Assembly (NCBI GenBank): GCA_963816145.1
Contig: CAWFJP010000031.1
Span: 448,001-512,000 of the forward strand
Reading direction: 5' to 3'
DNA length: 64,000 nucleotides
Source of the DNA: an uncultured delta proteobacterium
GTDB lineage: Bacteria; Desulfobacterota; Binatia; UBA9968
In this document: positions 56,889-64,000 of the stretch, in pieces
How positions within the stretch are numbered: the stretch's first letter is position 1
How the letters are laid out: the number at the start of each line of letters is the position of its first letter
Program-made: the position numbers and the translations under genes
Notes under the pieces: generated by a model
What the model was told of the DNA's origin: nothing
The model's database searches: none
What the model saw: the letters and a program-made list of their open reading frames with translations, nothing else

Positions 56889-58577
56889 ATGAATGTTCGG
56901 CGCGCGCGGCTGGTTACCGGGCTCATCTTACTTACCTATCTGTCGACCCACTTGCTCAACCATGCGCTCGGGTTGATTTCGCTGGCGGCGATGGAGTGGG
57001 GGCGCTGGTGGTTTTTGCTTTTGTGGCGCAATCCGGTCGGTACCGTGGTGCTGTACAGCGCGTTGCTGACCCATCTGTGTCTGGCGATCTGGGCGCTGTA
57101 CCAGCGGCGCCACTGGCGCATGCCGGTGAGCGAGATGCTGCAATTGGTTTTCGGTCTGACGATTCCGCTGTTGTTGACGATCCACATCGTCGGCACCCGG
57201 CTGACGCATGAGTACTTTGGTGTCGACGACTCCTACACGCTGATGGTTTTGACGCTTTGGCATGCCTCGCCGATGGACGGCTTGCGCCAGGCGACCCTCA
57301 TTCTCATCGCCTGGACCCATGGCTGCATCGGCTGTCATTTTTGGCTGCGACTGAAGAAATGGTATCCGCGGGTCGCACCGTACTTTCTTGCCTTGGCGCT
57401 GCTCCTACCGGTGTGCGGTCTATTGGGTTTCGTTAATGGCGGTCGCGAAGTTTCTAACCTGATCGCGCGCGAACCGAATTGGCTGGAAAGTTTTCTCACC
57501 GCTGCCAGAGTCCCACCGCGCAGTCAAAGGGAGGTTTTGTACCAGATTTATGACGGAGTCTTGATCACCTTCGGCGCGGCGATTGTCTTGGCGCTGCTGG
57601 CCCGGGTTGCGCGCAGCTTGGTCGAGCGGCGCAGCCGCATCCGCATAACCTATCCGAGCGGCCGCGTGGTCCAGGTGCCGCGCAATTTTACCATCCTCGA
57701 AGCGAGCCGATTGGCGGACATCCCCCATGCTTCGGTATGCGGCGGGCGCGGCCGTTGCTCGACCTGCCGCGTGCGCGTGTCCCATGGGGCAGCCAGTTTA
57801 CCGCCGCCAAATGCCGGCGAGTTAAGAGTATTGCAGCGTGTCGGCGCCGCACCCAACGTCAGACTCGCCTGCCAGCTCCGGCCGACGGCTAATCTTGCCG
57901 TGACGCCGCTGCTCCCGGCCAACGCGCAGGCATGCGATGGCTACGGCCAACCAGCCTACCTTACCGGCCAGGAGCGGATGATCGTCGTGATGTTCGCCGA
58001 TATCCGCTCGTTCACCGGCATCGCCGAAACCAAGCTGCCGTACGATTTGGTATTTTTTCTCAATAGCTATTTCGAATCGGTCGGTGCCGCGATCGTTTCG
58101 AGCGGCGGCATGATCGATAAATTCGTCGGTGATGGTGTGATGGCGCTATTCGGCGTCGACAACGGCCCCGAAGAAGGTTGTCGCCAAGCGCTTGCCGCCG
58201 CCCAGGCGATGATCGAGCGCGTCGACGGCTTGAGCCGCGCCCTGTCCGAGGAGTTGAGCGCGCCGCTGCGAATCGGTATCGGCGTGCACTGCGGACCGGC
58301 GGTGGTCGGACGAATGGGCTACGGCGAGTCGATTCATGTCACCGCCATCGGCGACACGGTCAACGTCGCCAGCCGGTTACAAGACGCAACCAAGGAATTT
58401 CACTGTCAGTTGGTGTTCTCGGCAGAAGTCGCTAAGCAGTCTGGACTCAACACTGCCGGTCTGCCGCGTCACGATTTGACCGTGCGCAATCGGCGCGAGA
58501 CACTGACAATCTTCGCCATCGAAGATGTCGCTGAGTTAGCGACCCAGGCCAAATCGACGATCATTGGCAATGCCTGA
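56889..58577 (+). CDS. membrane adenylate cyclase with His-rich membrane domain and 2Fe-2S ferredoxin (CyaC-type)
   Basis: Transmembrane His residues (THLLNH, TH, IH, TH..H); HASVCGGRGRCSTC..RLACQ; class III cyclase FADIRSFT, DKFVGDG and GDTVN.ASRL. Confidence 0.9.
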   Translation: MNVRRARLVTGLILLTYLSTHLLNHALGLISLAAMEWGRWWFLLLWRNPVGTVVLYSALLTHLCLAIWALYQRRHWRMPVSEMLQLVFGLTIPLLLTIHIVGTRLTHEYFGVDDSYTLMVLTLWHASPMDGLRQATLILIAWTHGCIGCHFWLRLKKWYPRVAPYFLALALLLPVCGLLGFVNGGREVSNLIAREPNWLESFLTAARVPPRSQREVLYQIYDGVLITFGAAIVLALLARVARSLVERRSRIRITYPSGRVVQVPRNFTILEASRLADIPHASVCGGRGRCSTCRVRVSHGAASLPPPNAGELRVLQRVGAAPNVRLACQLRPTANLAVTPLLPANAQACDGYGQPAYLTGQERMIVVMFADIRSFTGIAETKLPYDLVFFLNSYFESVGAAIVSSGGMIDKFVGDGVMALFGVDNGPEEGCRQALAAAQAMIERVDGLSRALSEELSAPLRIGIGVHCGPAVVGRMGYGESIHVTAIGDTVNVASRLQDATKEFHCQLVFSAEVAKQSGLNTAGLPRHDLTVRNRRETLTIFAIEDVAELATQAKSTIIGNA

Positions 58578-58622
58578 GTCGTGGTTCGCTCGGCGATGCA
58601 CAGATTTACGCATCCCCGTACA

Positions 58623-59201
58623 TCAGAGTTTGGTTCCCGGCGGCGCGAGACCCGCAGTTGTTTCGCCAAGCACCGCGCCATGCTCGATGCCGAGGGTTTT
58701 GATCCAGCGCTGTTGGCCCAGGGTGAGGCCAATGAAAAAACCGAGCTCGACCAATTCGGGAATCGAAAAGTACTGATGCAATTTCGCCCACAGCGCGTCG
58801 TCGGCGATGTCTGAGTTCCAGGCGATCGCGCTGGTGTAAACCAGGGCGGCTTTTTCCCGCTCGGTGAATTTGTCCGAATCGGCGAAGTTGAGCAGCTCGT
58901 CATATTTCGCTTCGGTGAGTCCTTGCCGTCCAGCCTGGACGGAACGTTGCACACCTCAATATTCGCAATCGATCGACCTGGAAACGTAGACCCGGCACAG
59001 CTCTTTCAACGCGTGGTCGACCACGCCGTTACGGAACGTCAGCTCCCACGCCTGCGAGAACGCGCGGATGACCTCGGGAACATGGGCTCGCACGGCCTGA
59101 CTTTCAGGGCGCGGCGTGCCTTCGAGGCGAGCGCGTTCCAGATAGCCTTTGATCTCGGGGTCGGTGACTGTATCGGGGTCGATGTAGGGAATGTGCGGCA
59201 T
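58623..59201 (-). CDS. AhpD/carboxymuconolactone decarboxylase family selenoprotein (CxxU, TGA 58958-58956)
   Basis: GGAGG RBS; LKELCRVYVSRSIDCEY-U-GVQRS..DKFTEREKAAL..FS..ELVELG; the two track ORFs are one frame separated only by TGA; 192 aa. Confidence 0.9.
58926..58942 (-). promoter_or_regulatory. bacterial SECIS-like hairpin
   Basis: UGA + 13 nt + CCGUCCA-GGC-UGGACGG. Confidence 0.75.
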
Positions 59202-59258
59202 AGACACCTCCGAAGATTGCTGATTTTCCCGGTGGTCAGTGGTTTTTGAAAGTGGCCT

Positions 59259-59747
59259 CTACGATGATTGGCTTGCCCAGTCAGTTAGGATCTGATTGAG
59301 CTGCGCGCGGATCTCTACTTCGCTTTTGGTCAAGTCCATCGGCTTGCCGAACGGTTGCGGCACGTCGACGCCGCTGGGCCAGTAGACTTCCACCGAATTG
59401 CCGTCGGGATCGTTGGCGTAGATGCTGACCGTGTTGCCATGGCTGACGACGCGGTTGATCGGCACATTCTTGTCGACGAACAGCTGGTAGAAATCCTTGA
59501 CGTCTTTGAGCGTCGGACAGCGGAAGGAAATCTGCTGTAAAACGTTGACTTGGCCATCGTCGTTGCGTCCCGGCGCGAGATAAAGCTCGTGGTGCTCGAC
59601 GCTGCGATCTTGGCTGGTCATGAACACGGCGCCGCGCGGACTGCGGTCGCTGACGGTCAAGCCAAGAACGTCGCGGTAGAACGCCACCGAGCGTTCGATG
59701 TCGCGCACGTAGAACCCCATATGTCCGAGTGATGTGACTTTAGGCAT
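59259..59747 (-). CDS. VOC family protein
   Basis: LGHMG.YVRD..FYRDVLGL, HHEL and SIY.NDPDGNSVEVY; AAGGAG RBS. Confidence 0.9.
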   Translation of the reverse strand: MPKVTSLGHMGFYVRDIERSVAFYRDVLGLTVSDRSPRGAVFMTSQDRSVEHHELYLAPGRNDDGQVNVLQQISFRCPTLKDVKDFYQLFVDKNVPINRVVSHGNTVSIYANDPDGNSVEVYWPSGVDVPQPFGKPMDLTKSEVEIRAQLNQILTDWASQSS

Positions 59748-59886
59748 AAAGTTCTCCTTCGCTGGCGCGGATTGTTAAATGGCGGTGCCGATGATGTCAA
59801 TGGTTGGCTTTAAAGACGTGATCGTGTTCGTGCGCGGTTTCATCGGCAACGCTGCGGTGATCGCGGCTACTCAAAGCAGTAAGAAG

Positions 59887-61524
59887 CTACTTGCGTCGCA
59901 GTTGGCGCATGAGTTTGCCGCCGATGGCGTCAATGGCTTCTGGTAATTCGTCCACTTGCAGCAAGCGGCAGACGAGATAGAAGGTCGCGCCGGCGAGGAT
60001 GATCGCAATGACAACTCGGCTGAATTTCAATGCAAGTCCATGGGCGGGCAATGCGCCGGCGCTTTCATTGACGAGCCATGCGACGACAGCGAGAGCCGCA
60101 GAGGCCAGCGCGATTTTCAATGCGGTGATGGCGAGCTGGCGGCCGCCCAATAATCCAAGCCGGCGGCGCATGAACAGCGCGAGCAAGAGGAAATTGACCA
60201 GCGCCACGGCTGAGGTGGAGAACGCTAAACCGACATGGCCGAAGGGGCCGACCAACAGCGAATTCATCAGGTAATTCACGGCAATCGATCCCAAGCTGAT
60301 CACCATCGGCGTGCGCGCATCGTTGAGCGCATAGAACGCCGGCGACAACACCTTGATGGCGCCGTAACCGGCCAAACCGATGGCGTAGGCCGCCAGGGCG
60401 TTGGCTGTCTGGACGGTGTCGAAAGCGGTGAACTTGCCATGCTCGAAGACCAGGGCGACGATGGGTTTGCCCAACACTGCCAAACCGACCGCTGATGGAA
60501 TGCACAGAAGAAACACCAGCGCCAGCGAGTGAGCCAGGGTCTGGCGAAATTCGCTGTAATCGGGATTGGCCGTGCTGCGCGACAGCGTCGGCAAGGTGGC
60601 GGTGGCGATGGCGACGCCGAATACGCCGATGGGAAACTGCATGAAGCGGAACGCGTAGTTGAGCCAGGATACCGGGCCGTTGGCGATGGCTCCCGTCGCA
60701 GGGTCAATGATCGCCGAGGCAAAATTGGTATTCACGAAGACGTTGATTTGCACTGCGGCGGCGCCGATGATCGCCGGACCCATGAGGCGAATAATCTGCC
60801 GCACGCCGGGGTCGGTGAAACTGAGCATCGGCCGATAGCGGAAGCCGGCGCGGCGTAAACTGGGCCATTGCACGGCAAATTGCAAAAAACCGCCGACCAA
60901 AGTGCCAACCGCCATGCCTTCGATGGGACTGAGGCCGAGATAGGCCCCGGCTAAGAAACCCAAAAACAGACCGGCCAGGATGGACCCTAGATTAAAGAAA
61001 ACCGGGGCGATGGCGGGAATGGCAAAGTTATTGCGCGCGTTTAAGATTCCCATCGCCTTGGCGGCGAGCGCTATCAGCAGGAGAAATGGAATCATGATCC
61101 GGGTCAGCTGAATCGTTAATTCGGCCTTGCCGGAGACATCGAAAAAGCCGGGCGCCAGCAAATAGACGATGGACGGCGTAAAGATCCAGCCGACGATGCA
61201 AATTAGACTCAGCACGATGATTAAAAGCGTGGCGACGCGGTTCGACAGGCGGAACGCTTCCTGTTCCCCTTTGATCTGCTGCACCTGGGTGAAGGTAGTG
61301 ACAAATGCTGCGGACAGTGCGCCCTCGGCGAACAGGTCGCGCAAAAGGTTGGGAATGCGAAAGGCGGTGAGAAAGGCGTCGTACTGCAGCCCGGCGCCGA
61401 ACAGGACGGCGAAAACTTGATCGCGCACCAGGCCGAGCACCCGGCTCGCCATCACGGCGAGGCTGACGATGCCGGCGTTGCGCGCGACGTTGGCGCGGGA
61501 TTGTTGGGCGGACTCTTTTTCCAT
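59887..61524 (-). CDS. murJ: lipid II flippase MurJ
   Basis: SRVLGLVRD, DAF..AFRIPNLLRDLFAEGALSAAFV, YAFRFMQFPIGVFGVA and FYAL.D.RTP motifs. Confidence 0.97.
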   Translation of the reverse strand: MEKESAQQSRANVARNAGIVSLAVMASRVLGLVRDQVFAVLFGAGLQYDAFLTAFRIPNLLRDLFAEGALSAAFVTTFTQVQQIKGEQEAFRLSNRVATLLIIVLSLICIVGWIFTPSIVYLLAPGFFDVSGKAELTIQLTRIMIPFLLLIALAAKAMGILNARNNFAIPAIAPVFFNLGSILAGLFLGFLAGAYLGLSPIEGMAVGTLVGGFLQFAVQWPSLRRAGFRYRPMLSFTDPGVRQIIRLMGPAIIGAAAVQINVFVNTNFASAIIDPATGAIANGPVSWLNYAFRFMQFPIGVFGVAIATATLPTLSRSTANPDYSEFRQTLAHSLALVFLLCIPSAVGLAVLGKPIVALVFEHGKFTAFDTVQTANALAAYAIGLAGYGAIKVLSPAFYALNDARTPMVISLGSIAVNYLMNSLLVGPFGHVGLAFSTSAVALVNFLLLALFMRRRLGLLGGRQLAITALKIALASAALAVVAWLVNESAGALPAHGLALKFSRVVIAIILAGATFYLVCRLLQVDELPEAIDAIGGKLMRQLRRK

Positions 61525-61627
61525 GAGCGATCAACGACTGCTCATCGGTAGCATGAAAAGCTTTGCGCGTCGACGCATTGTAAGTTGACAGAGCGATTCG
61601 ATATCGACTAGGCTCGCGGCCTGGAGC

Positions 61628-61705
61628 AAGGATGAAGGCGGAGGCTTGAGGGCTGAATAATCTTCATCTCACCACGAAGATCACGAAGGACACGAAGGTT
61701 TCGGA
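61628..61705. repeat. heptamer plus 9-mer repeat cluster
   Basis: aaggatgaaggcggagg..cttcatc followed by accacgaagatcacgaaggacacgaagg. Confidence 0.7.
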
Positions 61706-61752
61706 ATGAAGGTATGGCACGCCATACCCCAACAATCGGAGTGAATGTCGCC

Positions 61753-62808
61753 ATGGACAAGGCAAAACTTATTTGTATGCCGATTTGTTCATTGCTAGTC
61801 GCGGTGATTTTTTTGCCGCTGGCGATTGCCGACGCGCAGAGCGATGCATTTTACAAAGGCAAAACGCTGCGCTTCGTGGTGGGCTCTGCGCCGGCCAATT
61901 TTTACGATTCTTGGGCGCGATTGATCGCGCGCTATTGGGGCAAATATATTCCGGGAAATCCCAACGTGATCGTTCAGAACATGCCCGGCGCCGGGTCGAT
62001 CAGCGCGGTCAACTATGTTTACGGTGTGGCCAAGCCCGACGGCCTCAGCGTCGTGCTGCCGAACAACAGCATCTACATCGAGCAACTCGTTGGCCGCAAG
62101 GAAGCGCACTTCGATTTGCGGAAATTTCACTGGCTCGGTTCGGCGTCGCAGGATTCGATTATCATGTACATGCGCGCCGATACCGGGCTGAAGACCGTCG
62201 GCGATATCGTCAAGGCCAAACAGCCGCCCAGCTGCGGCGGCTCCGGCACCACCAGCTCGGATTACATCATCGCGCGAATTTTGGAGCTGACCGTGGGCGC
62301 AAAGATCAATTCGGTATCAGGCTATCAAGGCGGCAGCGACGCCGATCTCGCCGTGGAAAAAGGCGAGATCGCTTGCCGGGCGCATACACTGGCGTCGCAT
62401 TACGGTCGGGAGCCTTTCAACTCCTGGCACAAAAAAGGCTTCGATTTTCATGTGCTCCAGTCCGGCCGCAAACGCGACCCGCGCGCGGCGGAAGCGCAGA
62501 CAGTTTACGAAATCTTGGATGAGTTCAGAGTCGCCGACACCAAGCGGCGTGTCGCCCAGGCGCTGTTATCCGGCGGCGAATTCGGCCGGCCGGTGCTGGT
62601 TACCCCGGGGACGCCGCCGGATCGGGTCAAAATGCTGCGCGAAAGCTTTCGTAACGTCTTGAAGGATGCCGAACTTTTGGCCGAAGCGAAACGCGCCCGG
62701 ATGGATGTGGAGTACACCGCGGGCGAAGAGCTGGAGGCGCTGGTCAAAGAGGTGTTGAATCAGCCCGCGGAAGTGGTCGAGCAGGCGAAGAAGATTCTTG
62801 GCAGCTAA
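61753..62808 (+). CDS. TctC/Bug family receptor
   Basis: FYKGKT, IPGNP..VQNMPGAGS..NYVY..AKPDGL, GYQGG..LAVEKGE and FGRP motifs. Confidence 0.9.
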   Translation: MDKAKLICMPICSLLVAVIFLPLAIADAQSDAFYKGKTLRFVVGSAPANFYDSWARLIARYWGKYIPGNPNVIVQNMPGAGSISAVNYVYGVAKPDGLSVVLPNNSIYIEQLVGRKEAHFDLRKFHWLGSASQDSIIMYMRADTGLKTVGDIVKAKQPPSCGGSGTTSSDYIIARILELTVGAKINSVSGYQGGSDADLAVEKGEIACRAHTLASHYGREPFNSWHKKGFDFHVLQSGRKRDPRAAEAQTVYEILDEFRVADTKRRVAQALLSGGEFGRPVLVTPGTPPDRVKMLRESFRNVLKDAELLAEAKRARMDVEYTAGEELEALVKEVLNQPAEVVEQAKKILGS

Positions 62809-62974
62809 GACTTGGAAAATCGCAAAGGGTACAGAGATTACAGATTAGAAGATTCGGATTCGGAAGTTTAACCGCAAAGAGCGCATAGGACACAAAGAGG
62901 AACCGGAAGGGCAAGCCCTGTGGTTGCCCTTCCGATTCGGTTGTTATCACTACAAGCAAAGCGAGGAGAAATCT

Positions 62975-64000
62975 ATGGACGTAACCGCAAGGATCGCTCA
63001 GTTCGTCGTCAATGCGAAATATGAAAATCTACCGGCGGCGGCCATCGCCACGGCGAAGATCGCTGTGCGCGATTGTCTCGGTGTGGCGCTTGCTGGCAGC
63101 AAGGAGGAGGACGCGAAAATTTGCGCCGAGGTCGCGCGCCAGGAACAGGCCAAAGAAGAGACCACGGTCATCGGTCAAGGATTCAAATCTTCGGCGCTCA
63201 ACGCGGCGCTGGCGAACGGCACGGCGGCGCACGCCATGGATTTCGATCATAGCTTCACCTTGATGGGCCAGCCGACGGCGCCGATCATCCCCGCGACATT
63301 CGCACTGGGCGAGGCATTGGGCGCGAGCGGCCGGCAAATCATCGAAGCTTACGCGGTCGGCTATGAGGTGACGGCAAAGCTCGTGCATTCGCTGCGCGAC
63401 AGCGAGCATGACGGATGGCACGCGCCGAGCAGCTTAGGATTGTTTGGCGCCGCAGCGGCCTGCAGCAAGCTGCTCGGGCTCAACGCCGGCCAGGTCGAGA
63501 TGGCGCTCGGCATGTCGGCTTCGATGGCCGGCGGCCTGGTGGCCAACTTCGGCACCATGACCAAGCCTTTGCATGTCGGTCTCGGCGCGCGCAACGGCGT
63601 GCTTGCCGCCAAACTGGCGCAATCCGGCTTCACCGCGAACGGCAAAGCAATCGAGTCGGGTTTTGGCTTCTACAAAGTGCTTCATCCTGGCACGCCGATC
63701 GACGAGAAGCCGATAGAGGAGTTGGGCCGGTCCTACGCGCTGCTCAGTGACGGTATCCGCATCAAGCCCTATCCTTGCGGCGGGCTTACCCATCAGGTGA
63801 TCGACTCGATATTGGAATTCAGAACCAAACACGGCTTGACTCCGGAAATGGTCGAAGGCGTCGACGTCGACGTCGCCAAACACACCTTCGAGCGAATTGT
63901 TTTCAAAGTGCCGCAAACCGGCATCCAGGGAAAATTTTGCATGCCCTATCTGGTGGCGCGGGCGCTGATCGACGGCAAGGTGTCGTTGCATGCCTTCAGC
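62975..64000 (+). CDS. MmgE/PrpD family protein (3' partial)
   Basis: GAGGAG RBS; MDVTARIAQFV..RDCLGVALAGS, ANGTAAHAMDFD, NFGTMTKPLHVG..ARNG and IKPYPCG; runs off the window and is absent from the ORF track. Confidence 0.92.
   Translation, partial: MDVTARIAQFVVNAKYENLPAAAIATAKIAVRDCLGVALAGSKEEDAKICAEVARQEQAKEETTVIGQGFKSSALNAALANGTAAHAMDFDHSFTLMGQPTAPIIPATFALGEALGASGRQIIEAYAVGYEVTAKLVHSLRDSEHDGWHAPSSLGLFGAAAACSKLLGLNAGQVEMALGMSASMAGGLVANFGTMTKPLHVGLGARNGVLAAKLAQSGFTANGKAIESGFGFYKVLHPGTPIDEKPIEELGRSYALLSDGIRIKPYPCGGLTHQVIDSILEFRTKHGLTPEMVEGVDVDVAKHTFERIVFKVPQTGIQGKFCMPYLVARALIDGKVSLHAFS

Overview
GC-rich bacterial chromosomal window dominated by catabolic enzymes and orphan solute receptors: hydantoinase/oxoprolinase B-A-B, a CoxSML-type molybdo-hydroxylase, a Rieske ring-hydroxylating dioxygenase, 4 amidohydrolases, 3 class II aldolases, 4 VOC proteins, 2 LLM monooxygenases, 10 ABC substrate-binding proteins and 2 TctC receptors. 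Only one permease/ATPase set and no recognisable transcription factor are present. The gene content resembles Candidatus Binatia-type 'Deltaproteobacteria' (inference). The best hidden signals are two UGA-recoded selenoproteins that the ORF track splits. One is a GrdB-family protein whose UxxCxxC motif has become UxxSxxS, paired with a GrdE-like proprotein lacking the usual cysteines. The other is an AhpD/CMD protein with CxxU. Each UGA is followed by a 7-bp-stem, GGC-loop SECIS-like hairpin. Other notable items are a ~3 kb AT-richer island of HEPN-like, Zn-ribbon and GIY-YIG genes with a ~70-bp spacer repeat, a deoxyhypusine-synthase homologue with an internal degenerate duplication, a thiolase/DUF35 deletion scar, five small frameshifts confined to the first 18 kb (possibly sequencing errors), and many families of intergenic palindromic repeats. 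No rRNA, tRNA, CRISPR array or transposase was seen. All family calls come from reading motifs by eye; no database searches were run.
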